Shown here: positions 40,685-50,583 of the stretch, piece by piece
Numbering within the stretch: position 1 is the stretch's first letter
Layout of the letters: every line of letters begins with the position of its first letter
DNA from: Bacillota bacterium
GTDB taxonomy: Bacteria; Bacillota; UBA5301; Bu52
Length of the DNA stretch: 64,000 nucleotides
Direction of reading: 5' to 3'
Assembly: GCA_014896355.1 (NCBI GenBank)
Contig: JADBKO010000005.1
Coordinates: 34,286 to 98,285, forward strand
Program-made: the position numbers and the translations under genes
Notes under the pieces: model-generated
Database searches by the model: none
What the model was told of the DNA's origin: nothing
Seen by the model: only the letters and a program-made list of their open reading frames with translations

Positions 40685-42418
40685 GTGTCAGCCAGTGAAC
40701 GTGTGACCACCGGCGTGCCTCAACTGGATGAGGTCCTGGAAGGAGGCATTCCCCGGAACTCTCTCGTTTTGGTGTATGGCGGTCCCGGCACGGGCAAAAC
40801 CACCCTGGGCCTGCAATTCCTGGTGGAGGGCACCCGCCGCGGTGAGCCGGGGTTATTGGTGACCTTCGAGCAAATGCCGGAGCAGCTCTACCGGGATTTC
40901 GCACCCTTCGGATGGGATCTTCCGGGCCTGGTGCGGCAAAAACGCCTACAGATCCTTTGCACTTCCCCGGGCACGCTTTGGGAGGACCTCCTGAGCCCCG
41001 GCGGGATGGTGGAGGAAGCGTTCCGCCAACTGCGCGTGCAGCGCCTGGTCATCGACCCCATCACCTTGTTGGCCTGTGCCGGGGCTGTGGATGCGGGCTG
41101 GGCCCCGGCCGCCGGGGCGGCCCCAGGGTCCCCAGGGCTGGCAGCGGAGGCAGCGGCTGAAATCGCGGCCACGGGGCCTGCGCCAGCGGCGGAGGCCACG
41201 CCGTTGGCAGGAAGGGGCGCAGCCGCGGGGCTGGGCGCACCGTCTCCGGCCGGCGCGCACCCCTGGGCCAGCTCGCGCACGCGTATGTACGCAGTTTTCA
41301 ATGCCCTGCGCCGCCTGGGGGCCACTGCGCTTCTGTTGGCGGAGGCCCCGATGGCCGGCTGGGCCGGCGATGCGGGGCTCTCGGGCAGGAGTGGGCCGGA
41401 CGGGGGAGATCCCGGCGTGGCCGGTTTCCTGGCAGACGGCATCCTGGAACTGAGTTTCCCCTATGTGGATGTAGGCAGGAGCAGCCGTAGCCAGGAGACG
41501 GGCCTGGATGCGCAGGCGGCGGGCGGCGGCGCCATGGCCAGCCTGGCTGCCAACAGACGCAGGTTTGTGGAGGTGTTGAAGATGCGGGGCAGCGGCTTCG
41601 TGCCAGGCCGGCATCTAATGCGGTTTGATATCACTGGCTTGGCGTTGGTGCGGCCCCTGACCCGCATGCAGTCCGGGCGACGGGCGGCGCTGGAGAGCCC
41701 CGCCGCGGCGATCCCAACGGGCCTGCCGCTGTTGGACGACGCTCTGGGCGGGGGATTCCCGCGCGGGGCCACAGTTTTGTTGGACGTGAACGGCAAGGCC
41801 GACTATTATGATCTGGTGGGCCTGCTGATCCATCGCTGGTATGCCGCCGGGGCCAACCTCTACCTGCAGCCGTCCAGCCTGGTGGGCCCCATCGAGATTG
41901 TGGAAAATGTGCGGCGCCAGGGCAGCGATTTGCTGGAAGGCGCAGCCCAGGGGCGGATCCTGCTGGCGGAATACTTCAGGCGCCCGCTGCTGCCGGAACT
42001 GGAGAAATGCCTGATCCGCGGCTGGGAGATGAGCGACCGGGAGGCTTTGTCGTGGGTGCGGCAGTTCTTCGCCGAGTACATGGAGCCCGATGCACAGCGG
42101 GGACGGCCCTGGCTGATCTATCGGGATCTCAACACCCTGGCCGTGGCGCGGGGCAGCAAATACCTGGTGCAGGATTTCGCCGCTGCCACTTCCTGGGTTC
42201 GCGCCTGCCGCGGCGGTTATTTGGCCTTGGTGAACATGGAGGAGATCAGTCCTCATCTGGGGTCGTTTTTGGAGCGTACGGCCTCCGTGGTGGTGCGCAC
42301 GTGGCGGACCCAGCGTTATCAGTTTCTCCAGGTGGTCAAAGCCTTGGACGGACATGTAACGGATGCTCTGGTGGTGGAGCACCAGCCCGACCCGCCATAT
42401 ATCCGGCTCCTGGACTAA
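40685..42418 (+). CDS. KaiC-like RecA-superfamily ATPase with an intact N-terminal KaiC domain and a degenerate second domain
   Basis: Domain 1 has GVPQLDEVLEGGIPRNSLVLVYGGPGTGKTTLGLQF and Walker B LVIDPI. Domain 2 (LPLLDDALGGGFPRGATVLLDVNGKADYY) has lost the P-loop. A long Ala/Gly/Pro-rich linker lies between them. GTG start with a GGAGGTG SD. Confidence 0.8.
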   Translation: MSASERVTTGVPQLDEVLEGGIPRNSLVLVYGGPGTGKTTLGLQFLVEGTRRGEPGLLVTFEQMPEQLYRDFAPFGWDLPGLVRQKRLQILCTSPGTLWEDLLSPGGMVEEAFRQLRVQRLVIDPITLLACAGAVDAGWAPAAGAAPGSPGLAAEAAAEIAATGPAPAAEATPLAGRGAAAGLGAPSPAGAHPWASSRTRMYAVFNALRRLGATALLLAEAPMAGWAGDAGLSGRSGPDGGDPGVAGFLADGILELSFPYVDVGRSSRSQETGLDAQAAGGGAMASLAANRRRFVEVLKMRGSGFVPGRHLMRFDITGLALVRPLTRMQSGRRAALESPAAAIPTGLPLLDDALGGGFPRGATVLLDVNGKADYYDLVGLLIHRWYAAGANLYLQPSSLVGPIEIVENVRRQGSDLLEGAAQGRILLAEYFRRPLLPELEKCLIRGWEMSDREALSWVRQFFAEYMEPDAQRGRPWLIYRDLNTLAVARGSKYLVQDFAAATSWVRACRGGYLALVNMEEISPHLGSFLERTASVVVRTWRTQRYQFLQVVKALDGHVTDALVVEHQPDPPYIRLLD

Positions 42419-42675
42419 GGATTTTGGCCGGACTTTACCCGCGCTGCGAAAAGGGATATGATCCAGGTAGGAACGGAGAACCCCCCGGGGTACATTCTTT
42501 GCAGTGGACTCCCCGGCAGGTACGCCTCCTCCCGGGGGCGGCGGGTGGTCTGTTGATGCTTTGCGGCCGGTGCGTGGGCATACTAGGCCCGGCCAAGCAG
42601 CAGGTCCAAGCAGCCGGCCCGGCGCAGGACCCGGTCCGGCAAGGGGCAGGGAGAGTTTCTTGGAGGGATTGGAGC

Positions 42676-43605
42676 ATGCAAGTGGGTTTGATTGGTCTGG
42701 GGCGGATGGGCTACAATTTGGCGCTGAACATGCGCGATAAGGGCCACCAGGTGGTGGCGTTCAACCGTTCCCCGGAGAAGGTACGCCAGATCGAGGCGGA
42801 AGGGGGCATCACCGGCGCCTACACACTGGAGGAGCTGGTGCAGAAGCTGGCGCCTCCTCGTACAATCTGGATGATGATTCCTGCCGGCGAGGCCGTGGAG
42901 GAGATGATCCGCCGCCTGACCCCCCTGCTTTCGCGCGGCGATCTGCTGATCGACGGGGGCAATTCCTTCTACCAGGATACGCTGCGGCGGGCGGAACAGC
43001 TGCGTCCCACGGGCATCCATTTCATGGACGTGGGTACCAGCGGCGGCATTGAGGGCGCCCGGTACGGGGCGTGCACCATGGCCGGCGGCGACGACGAGGA
43101 CTTCGCGCGCGTCGAGCCACTTTTGCGCGACATCAGCGTGGCGCAGGGGTATATCCACGCGGGCCCGGTGGGCAGCGGCCATTTCGTCAAAATGGTGCAC
43201 AACGGCATTGAGTACGGAATGATGCAGGCCATGGGCGAAGGCTTCGAGGTGCTGGCCAAAGGGCCGTTTTCGCTCAATCTGAAAGAAGTGGCCAGGGTCT
43301 GGAATCACGGCTCCGTGATCCGGGGTTGGCTCATGGAGCTGGCGGAGAGCGCGTTTGCCAAGGATCCCCGGCTGGAGGCCATCCGTGGCGTGATGCACTC
43401 GTCGGGCGAGGGCTTGTGGACGGCGCAGACCGCTTTGAACCTGGGGATCCCGGCGCCGATCATCGCATTGTCGGTCATGATGCGGCACCGCTCGGAGCAG
43501 GACGAGAGTTTTGCCGGCAAGGTGGTGGCCGCCTTGCGCAACGAATTCGGGGGCCACGCCGTGGAGAAAGCGCCGGGGAAAGAGCCAGGGCCTGCGTCCC
43601 ACTGA
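42676..43605 (+). CDS. gnd: 6-phosphogluconate dehydrogenase, short (~300 aa) decarboxylating form
   Basis: MQVGLIGLGRMGYNLALNM Rossmann motif, and a 6PGD C-terminal domain with GHFVKMVHNGIEYGMMQ. The track ORF is extended upstream to 42007. Confidence 0.85.
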   Translation: MQVGLIGLGRMGYNLALNMRDKGHQVVAFNRSPEKVRQIEAEGGITGAYTLEELVQKLAPPRTIWMMIPAGEAVEEMIRRLTPLLSRGDLLIDGGNSFYQDTLRRAEQLRPTGIHFMDVGTSGGIEGARYGACTMAGGDDEDFARVEPLLRDISVAQGYIHAGPVGSGHFVKMVHNGIEYGMMQAMGEGFEVLAKGPFSLNLKEVARVWNHGSVIRGWLMELAESAFAKDPRLEAIRGVMHSSGEGLWTAQTALNLGIPAPIIALSVMMRHRSEQDESFAGKVVAALRNEFGGHAVEKAPGKEPGPASH

Positions 43606-43611
43606 GGGGCT

Positions 43612-45339
43612 GTGTCGAAGACCAAGCCGTGGCAGGATGGAGTCATTGGGATGGGATTGCAGCAAATGGAACAAAGCAGGATCATGCGGGCGGAGGCCGG
43701 CAGGACCGGGCAAGACGCCGGCGCTGCGGCCAATGCTGCGGCCAATGAGGGTCCGGGCGCTGCCGCAGGGGCTGCGCCTCCGTGCACGGTGGTGATTTTC
43801 GGGGCTACCGGAGATTTGGCCCAGCGCAAGTTGTTTCCAGCCTTGTACGGTCTCCATCGGGACGGCCTGCTGGATCCGCGCACGCAGGTCGTGGGCGTAG
43901 GGCGCCGGGAGAAAACCCCTGAGCAGTTCCGCTGTGAATTGCAGGAGTACGTGTGGCGGTTTTCGCGCCTGGCTGCGCCGGCGCGCCAGGCTCAGAGTCC
44001 AGGCGTGGGCGTCCTGCCGCAATGGGAGGATTTCGCCCGCCGCTTCCACTATTTCCGGCTGGAGATGCACGACGCTGAAGGGTATGGCCGGCTGCAGTCC
44101 TTTCTGGAAGAGCTGGAGCAGGCTGCAGGGGTCGGCCGCCGGCGCATCTTTTATTTGGCCGTGATGCCGGATCTCTTCGGCATCGTGACGGGCAACCTGC
44201 GCCAGGCAGGGCTGCTGGAAGCGCCAACACCCGCCCCGGACCCGGCGGCGGCACACGGGGCCGGAAAGGCGAACGGCACCGCAGGTTTGTGGCCGCGGTT
44301 GGTCATCGAGAAACCTTTCGGCTACGACCTGGAATCCGCCGCTCGCCTGAACCGGGAGATCCGCCAGGCTTTCCCGGAGGACGCAATCTATCGCATCGAC
44401 CACTACCTGGGCAAGGAGATGACGCAGAACATCAGCGTCATTCGCTTTGCCAATACCATCTTCGAGCCGGTCTGGAACCGCAACTACATCGACCACATTC
44501 AGATCATGTCCACCGAGACGGTGGGGGTGGAAAACCGGGGTGAGTACTATGATCGCGCCGGCGCACTGCGCGATATGGTGCAGAACCACATGCTCCAGCT
44601 GGTGGCCCTGGTGGCCATGGAGCCGCCCAGCAGCCTGGAATCGGAGGCCGTGCGCGACGAGAAGGTGAAAATCCTCCGTTCCCTGGTTCGTTGGCAGACC
44701 CCACGGGAGGTGGCCCGCAATGCCGTCCGCGGACAGTACGGGCCGGGGCGTGTGGCCGGGCAGGATGTCCCTGGATACCGCTCCGAGCCGGAGGTGCGCC
44801 CCGATTCCCGCACAGAGACTTTCGCCGCCATGCGGCTTTTCGTGGACAACTTCCGTTGGGCGGATGTGCCCTTCTATCTGCGCACCGGCAAACGGCTGGG
44901 GTACAAAGCCACGGAGATCGCCATCCAGTTCAAGCAGCTGCCGCGCATTCTGTATTTCCACGACTACGGCGGCCTGCAGCCCAACCGCCTGGTGATCCGC
45001 ATCCAGCCCGTCGAAGGTGTGTACTTTCAGATCAACGCCAAACAGACCGGCACCCAGACGGAGATGATGCCCGTGGCGATGGATTTCTGCCGCAATTGCG
45101 GCACCACGGCCAACTCTCCGGAGGCGTACGAGCGCCTGCTTTTCGATGTGATGCGGGGCGATGCCACGCTGTTCACCCGCTGGGATGAGGTCTCCCTGGC
45201 CTGGGAATTCGTGGACCCCATTGCCCGGGCTTGGGAGCAGACTACACCGGACTTCCCCAACTACCCGGCGGGATCCTGGGGGCCGGAGGCGGCTCGCAAT
45301 CTGCTGCACCAGGACGGGCGCTCGTGGTGGCCAGAATGA
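43612..45339 (+). CDS. zwf: Glucose-6-phosphate 1-dehydrogenase
   Basis: IFGATGDLAQRKL, RIDHYLGKE, EKPFG and a C-terminal G6PD domain. The real start is probably an internal ATG (43642-43684); the N-terminal ~40 aa are low-complexity. Confidence 0.85.
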   Translation: MSKTKPWQDGVIGMGLQQMEQSRIMRAEAGRTGQDAGAAANAAANEGPGAAAGAAPPCTVVIFGATGDLAQRKLFPALYGLHRDGLLDPRTQVVGVGRREKTPEQFRCELQEYVWRFSRLAAPARQAQSPGVGVLPQWEDFARRFHYFRLEMHDAEGYGRLQSFLEELEQAAGVGRRRIFYLAVMPDLFGIVTGNLRQAGLLEAPTPAPDPAAAHGAGKANGTAGLWPRLVIEKPFGYDLESAARLNREIRQAFPEDAIYRIDHYLGKEMTQNISVIRFANTIFEPVWNRNYIDHIQIMSTETVGVENRGEYYDRAGALRDMVQNHMLQLVALVAMEPPSSLESEAVRDEKVKILRSLVRWQTPREVARNAVRGQYGPGRVAGQDVPGYRSEPEVRPDSRTETFAAMRLFVDNFRWADVPFYLRTGKRLGYKATEIAIQFKQLPRILYFHDYGGLQPNRLVIRIQPVEGVYFQINAKQTGTQTEMMPVAMDFCRNCGTTANSPEAYERLLFDVMRGDATLFTRWDEVSLAWEFVDPIARAWEQTTPDFPNYPAGSWGPEAARNLLHQDGRSWWPE

Positions 45340-45408
45340 CAGCATGCTCCGCTCCGGGCTGGCCGGCCTAGCCGGGGTAGAGCGCGAGACAGGAAGGAAG
45401 GAAGCCTC

Positions 45409-46077
45409 ATGCTCCAGGTGTTCGATATCTCCCTACTCATCTATCCCGGGATGGCAGTATGGAAGGACCGGCAGGAGAAACGTCCCTCTGTGCGGATCAC
45501 GCGGGATTTCGCCGCAGACGGCATTCGGGAGTCCCGGCTGGAGCTGGACTCCCATACGGGCACTCACGTGGATGCGCCCCTGCACATGATGCCTGGCGGA
45601 TCCAGCATTGACCAGCTTTCCGGGCCGCAGCTGGTGGGTCCCGGCCGGGTGCTGGACCTGACGGCTGTGCAAGACCACATCGGCCGGACGGACCTGGAGC
45701 CCTATGCTCGCGTGATTCAGCCGGGTGAATTCGTACTCCTGAAGACCGCCAACTCTCCCGGTCCCCCCTTTGACCCGCACTTTGTCTTCCTGGCGGAGGA
45801 TGGGGCGGCGTTCCTGGCCGGCCTGGGCGTGCGGGGCGTGGGCATTGACGCCCTGGGCATCGAGCGGGATCAGCCCGGACACCCCACCCATCGCATCCTT
45901 TTCCAGCACGGCGTCACCATCCTGGAGGGGCTGCGCCTGCGCCATGTGCCGGCCGGGTCTTACCTGTTGGTGGCTGCGCCCTTGTTGGTGGCTGGAGGAG
46001 ACGCGGCTCCTGCCCGGGTGTTCCTCCTGGGCGAAGGGGCAAAGGAAGGGAGGATTCCCCAGGAAATAGTCGAATAA
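45409..46077 (+). CDS. Cyclase-family protein (kynurenine formamidase-like, pfam04199)
   Basis: HTGTHVDAPLH metal-binding motif. Confidence 0.8.
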   Translation: MLQVFDISLLIYPGMAVWKDRQEKRPSVRITRDFAADGIRESRLELDSHTGTHVDAPLHMMPGGSSIDQLSGPQLVGPGRVLDLTAVQDHIGRTDLEPYARVIQPGEFVLLKTANSPGPPFDPHFVFLAEDGAAFLAGLGVRGVGIDALGIERDQPGHPTHRILFQHGVTILEGLRLRHVPAGSYLLVAAPLLVAGGDAAPARVFLLGEGAKEGRIPQEIVE

Positions 46078-46157
46078 GGGAACTAAAAGACGGATGCCGA
46101 CAGATTACGTCCGGTAGGGTCCAGAGCGAGGGGGTTATCCGGAAAGGCGGGCTAGCC

Positions 46158-47339
46158 TTGCGGGTAGTCATCCGAGTGGATGCGCTGGTCCCCGGCTCCA
46201 GGCTGCTCAGGGATGTATATTCCCAGCACGGAGCCTTGCTCCTGCGTAAAGGGACCATTCTCACCCAGGAGCATGTCCAGACATTGCGGGACCAGCATCT
46301 GGACGAGGTCGTTATCGAACTGGAGGACGGGGGGAACCAGACTCCCCTTTCTGTCGGCGGAGTAGCCCCGGGGGACCCGTCGGCTTCCCTTGCGAGCCTG
46401 GGGCACTCCGGAAGGGTGGCTGTGGCCCGGAGGCCCGGCGGAGCAGCGGCCCCGGCGGCCGACCCGGGCTGGGCGGCGGCACGGTCCAGATCCGAGGCCT
46501 TGCGCCCTTACGAGAATGCCCTGGCTGTGATCCGCCAGGCCACGGAAACCCTGCGGACCAGCGGCGGCCAGGCGTTCCCCGCCCAAGAAGTCGACGCCGT
46601 GGCCGTATTCGTGGTGCAGGAGGCGCGGCGGACCTATCGGGTCCTCTCCCTCTTGGTGCAGTTGCGCCAGGCCAGCGATCCTACTTTTATCCACTCTTTG
46701 AATGTGGCTTTGGTGGCGGGGCTCATTGCCCGCTGGATGGGATGGGGTAAGGACGGCATGCACCAGGCGGTGCAGGCGGGTCTCCTCCATGATGTGGGCA
46801 AGAGCCTGGTGGCACCGGAGATTTTGAACAAACCGGAGCCGCTGACTCCTGCGGAAAGGGCTCAGATGCAGGAGCACGTGCGGGCCGGCTATGAGCTGGT
46901 GCGGAACGCCTCCGAAGTCTCCCAGGACATCGCCCTGGCGGTGCTGCAGCATCACGAGAGGATGGACGGCAGCGGCTATCCCCAGGGCTTGGTGGGCGAG
47001 GAAGCCACCTTTCTCAGCCGGTTGGTGGCAGTGGCGGATGTATACGCCGCCATGATGGCAGACCGGGCCTACCGCAGGCGTCTGGGGCCGTTCCGGGCTG
47101 CAGAGGAGCTGGAAGATGAGTCGTTCAGCCGGCTGGATCCCCAGATCACCCGGGTCTTTCTGGATCGCGTGGCTGCTTTTTATGTGGGTAGTACCGTGGT
47201 ATTGAGCGATGGCCGCGTGGGCCAGGTGGTGTTCATGGATCCGCGCGAGCCCAGCCGGCCGTTGGTCCGGGTCGAAAAGGAGTTCATTGACCTCAGCCGC
47301 CGCCATGAGCTGGAGATCAACGACATCTTGATGCTGTGA
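46158..47339 (+). CDS. HD-GYP domain phosphodiesterase-like protein
   Basis: LLHDVGKSLV, HHERMDGSGYPQGL. Confidence 0.85.
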   Translation: MRVVIRVDALVPGSRLLRDVYSQHGALLLRKGTILTQEHVQTLRDQHLDEVVIELEDGGNQTPLSVGGVAPGDPSASLASLGHSGRVAVARRPGGAAAPAADPGWAAARSRSEALRPYENALAVIRQATETLRTSGGQAFPAQEVDAVAVFVVQEARRTYRVLSLLVQLRQASDPTFIHSLNVALVAGLIARWMGWGKDGMHQAVQAGLLHDVGKSLVAPEILNKPEPLTPAERAQMQEHVRAGYELVRNASEVSQDIALAVLQHHERMDGSGYPQGLVGEEATFLSRLVAVADVYAAMMADRAYRRRLGPFRAAEELEDESFSRLDPQITRVFLDRVAAFYVGSTVVLSDGRVGQVVFMDPREPSRPLVRVEKEFIDLSRRHELEINDILML

Positions 47340-47431
47340 TGCGGCCGGTCGTGACTTATTCTGAGACGGCGGCACGGGGAACAGGAGATATAGCACAGGG
47401 CTTGCACGGGACGGCCAATTGCGGAGGTGAG

Positions 47432-48475
47432 TTAGGGGCGCGTACTGCGGCGTTTCACCAATTTGCAGATGAAAAAGCCTTCCATGAGCCGCGAGGGAAG
47501 AATGCGGATAGCCTGGGCCACCCCCGGCAGAAAGCGGGGATTCGGCTGGCAGGAATCTCGTCCGGCAGCGGGCGCCGGGAGCCTGGGCAGCCAGTCTGTG
47601 GCGGGCGAGGCGCCCGGCAGATCAAGACCCACCGGAACGGCAGCCAGCGCGCCTGGCCACTGGCGTAAGGCCCAGTCCACCACCGCCTCGTTCTCCTCCG
47701 GCGACAGGGTGCAGGTGGAATACACCAGCACCCCGCCGGGCTTGAGGGCCTGGACGGCACTGGCCAGCAGGCGCCTTTGCTCGGAGGCCAGGCGGTGTAC
47801 CCTTGGCAGGGACCAGGGGCGGTAGGTGCGGGGATCGCTCAGGCAAAAAAGCCCTTCACCGCTGCAAGGAGCGTCCAACAGCACCCGGTCGAAGGCTTCC
47901 GGGCGCTCCTCCCCCACGGTTTTCCCATCCCCCACCCGCACCTCGGCCAGTGTGACGCCCTGCAGCCGCAGATTGTATTCCAGCCGTTGGGCCCGGATCG
48001 GGTTCAGTTCATTGGCCAGGAGGCTCCCCGTGTTTTCCATGAGGGCCGCAATCTGGGTGGTTTTGCTGCCCGGCGCGGCAGTGAGATCCAGCACCGCCTC
48101 ACCGGGTTGCGGGTTCAGTACCAAGGGGGGCACCATGCTGGAGAGGCTTTGTAGATAAACCAATCCCCGGGAGTAGAGGGAGGTCTCCTGCATCTCTTTT
48201 TCCCGGGCATCTTTCAGGATCAGGGCGTCCTTGTACCACAACACGCGCTCGAAACGCAAGCCCAGGCGTTTCAGCTCCTCCATAACGGTCCGGACATCGG
48301 CCTTGAGCGTATTCACCCGCAGGGTCACCGGGCGCCGATCCGCCTCGCGCAGCCCAAAAAGGACGCGTTCTCCCCATGGAGCGGCAAACAAGGTACGGAT
48401 CCGCTCAACGAAAACCGCAGGCAGGGCGGATTCCAGTTCCCTCCTGGAGTGAACCGTTGGTCTGGAGCGGGCCAC
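47432..48475 (-). CDS. rRNA cytosine-C5 methyltransferase (RsmB/RsmF, NOL1/NOP2/Sun family)
   Basis: LDLTAAPGSKTTQIA SAM motif, and DAPCSGEG / TCTLSPEENE catalytic-cysteine motifs. I place the start at GTG 48475 with a GAGGAGG SD; the track ORF extends to 48670 with low-complexity sequence. Confidence 0.75.
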   Translation of the reverse strand: MARSRPTVHSRRELESALPAVFVERIRTLFAAPWGERVLFGLREADRRPVTLRVNTLKADVRTVMEELKRLGLRFERVLWYKDALILKDAREKEMQETSLYSRGLVYLQSLSSMVPPLVLNPQPGEAVLDLTAAPGSKTTQIAALMENTGSLLANELNPIRAQRLEYNLRLQGVTLAEVRVGDGKTVGEERPEAFDRVLLDAPCSGEGLFCLSDPRTYRPWSLPRVHRLASEQRRLLASAVQALKPGGVLVYSTCTLSPEENEAVVDWALRQWPGALAAVPVGLDLPGASPATDWLPRLPAPAAGRDSCQPNPRFLPGVAQAIRILPSRLMEGFFICKLVKRRSTRP

Positions 48476-48548
48476 GGGCGGCCTCCTCTCTGGTCGCTGC
48501 TGAAGGCCATTATACCGCAAAGGCCGGATGGGTGCCGGCGCACTTCTT

Positions 48549-48630
48549 GCCGGAAGGATTCCGGCAGAAGATGGCGAAACTACAGACAGTCCAGAGGACG
48601 CCCGCCGGGCGCAGGGCGTCTTTTTTCGAG
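48549..48630 (+). promoter_or_regulatory. Structured leader upstream of treT: a GCCGGAA/TTCCGGC hairpin followed by a terminator-like GACGCCC..GGGCGUC-U6 hairpin
   Basis: gccggaaggattccggc (48549-48565); gacgcccgccgggcgcagggcgtctttttt (48598-48630). No plus-strand gene lies upstream. Confidence 0.3.
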
Positions 48631-48687
48631 GCGGGAATACAACCGGTTGCAAAACATCCGGGAGCGACATGGAGGGAGGACCGCGCC

Positions 48688-49950
48688 ATGCTGCAGGAGG
48701 TCCCTGTGAAGGAGAAACGGCTGAAAGACTATGCCGCTGTGGCGGGGGAGGACGTTGTGGATGAGATCCTGCAATCCGTGCGCCCGTTGAAAGGAGCGCG
48801 GGTGCTGCACGTGAACGCCACCGCCTTCGGCGGCGGCGTGGCGGAGCTTCTGGCGACGCTGGTACCGCTGATGCGCGACGCCGGGCTGGACGCGCATTGG
48901 CAGGTCATCGAGGGGGCGCCGGAGTTCTTTCAGGTCACCAAGGCGTTCCATAACGGGCTGCAGGGAATGGATGTCTCCCTGACCCAGCGGGACTTCGACA
49001 CGTTTTTGCACTATAACCGTCTGAACGCCGAGCGGCTTTCCACAGATTGGGATTTCATCATCTTGCACGACCCCCAGCCTGCCGCCATGGCCCGGCTTGT
49101 GCAGGAGCGGGAACAGCGGCCGGCCGGCGCTGCGGCAGGCAAACCCCGCTGGATCTGGCGTTGTCACATCGACCTCTCCTCCCCCAATCCTGTGGTGCGT
49201 GACTTTCTGCGACCTTGGCTGGAAGCGTACGACGCCGGGATTTTCACTTTGCGCCGCTACGCGGGCACGGGGCTGCAGCTTCCCATCATCGCGGAGATTC
49301 CGCCCTCCATTGATCCGTTGAGTCCCAAGAACGCCGCCATGTCGGAAGAAGAAGCCCGCGGGATTGTGGGCCGCCTGGGTGTCGACACGGGGCGCCCGCT
49401 GATCACCCAGGTCTCCCGTTTCGATCCCTGGAAAGACCCGCTGGGCGTCATCGACGCCTTCCGCCTGGTCCGGGAAAGGGTCCCGGGTGTGCAGCTAGCC
49501 ATGGTGGGGAGCCTGGCCCACGACGATCCGGAAGGCCAGCTCTACTACGACAAAACCAAGGACCATGCCGGCGGTGATCCGGACATTCATCTCTACACCA
49601 ATCTGGATGGCGTGGCAGACCGCGAAGTGAATGCGTTCCAGCGGGTGTCCCAGGTCATCCTGCAGAAATCCTTGCGGGAAGGGTTTGGCCTCACGGTCAG
49701 TGAAGCCCTATGGAAAGGCACGCCGGTGGTCGGCGGCAATGCCGGCGGCATCCCCATCCAGATCGACGACGGGGTATGCGGTTACCTGGTGGAAAGCGTC
49801 CAGGAGGCTGCAGAGCGGGCCACCTACCTGCTGCAGCATCCCGGTGAGGCGGCCGAGATGGGCAGGGCGGGCCAGGAAAAGGTGCGCAGGCGGTTTCTGT
49901 CCACCCGCAACCTGCTGGATTACCTGCACCTGTTTCAGCGGCTGGCCTAG
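48688..49950 (+). CDS. treT: Trehalose glycosyltransferring synthase-like GT4 glycosyltransferase
   Basis: LKDYAAVAGEDV...VLHVNATAFGGGVAELL, WRCHIDLSSPN, ITQVSRFDPWKD and AHDDPEG agree closely with what I recall of archaeal/Thermotoga TreT. GGAGGGAGGA SD. The track ORF is extended upstream to 48376. Confidence 0.7.
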   Translation: MLQEVPVKEKRLKDYAAVAGEDVVDEILQSVRPLKGARVLHVNATAFGGGVAELLATLVPLMRDAGLDAHWQVIEGAPEFFQVTKAFHNGLQGMDVSLTQRDFDTFLHYNRLNAERLSTDWDFIILHDPQPAAMARLVQEREQRPAGAAAGKPRWIWRCHIDLSSPNPVVRDFLRPWLEAYDAGIFTLRRYAGTGLQLPIIAEIPPSIDPLSPKNAAMSEEEARGIVGRLGVDTGRPLITQVSRFDPWKDPLGVIDAFRLVRERVPGVQLAMVGSLAHDDPEGQLYYDKTKDHAGGDPDIHLYTNLDGVADREVNAFQRVSQVILQKSLREGFGLTVSEALWKGTPVVGGNAGGIPIQIDDGVCGYLVESVQEAAERATYLLQHPGEAAEMGRAGQEKVRRRFLSTRNLLDYLHLFQRLA

Positions 49951-50008
49951 GGGCGGCCGGGTGGGTAGCGCGGCCTCAGTCCCTTCAGTCCTTGGCGTCG
50001 CCGGGGTC

Positions 50009-50234
50009 TCAGTCCTTGGTGTCCCCGCCGTCGTGTTCCAGGTGCTCCAAAACCTCGGCGTATTTGTTCCAGTCGGGGGTGGAGCGGTTGCCTTCCCCGA
50101 AGATGCCGCGGGAAACGATACGGTCGCCAGGTTCCAGGCGGGCCACCACCTGGCGCTGTTCCAGCACGTTGACCACCCGGCGCACGGATTCTTCGTCCAG
50201 GCCGCTGGAATGCGAGATTTCGTGGATGGTCACT
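50009..50234 (-). CDS. Small winged-helix protein (~75 aa), hypothetical
   Basis: GTG start with a GGAG SD. High GC3. HTH-like IHEISHSSGLDEESVRRVVNVLEQRQVVARLEPGDRIV. Confidence 0.4.
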
Positions 50235-50583
50235 GCGGGCTCCCGAACGCCCTTCGGGGGCTCGTTGCTTCCTGGGGAGCTGGATGGGCCGCGCCCGCCG
50301 AGGTCCGGCGCAAAGTGTCGGCAGGAAGCCGGCCACAGCGGGGAGAATGGGTGAAAGAGCATCAGAGTGCGCCTCCTCAGGCAGTAGTGTGTCCGGGCCA
50401 GGCTGCCGGCTATTCGGGGGCGGCCAGGCTTGGTGCGTGCTGCCGGGTGTCGGATTCGCCAGGCCGGTCCTTCGGGGCCGGCGTAGAAAGGATGCTGCGA
50501 GGATGGATTCCCCCTCGGTGGATTCGGATCGCGGGGTCTCGGTGCCGGAAGCGGGAGATGGCGGCGCCTGCACAGGAGGATCC

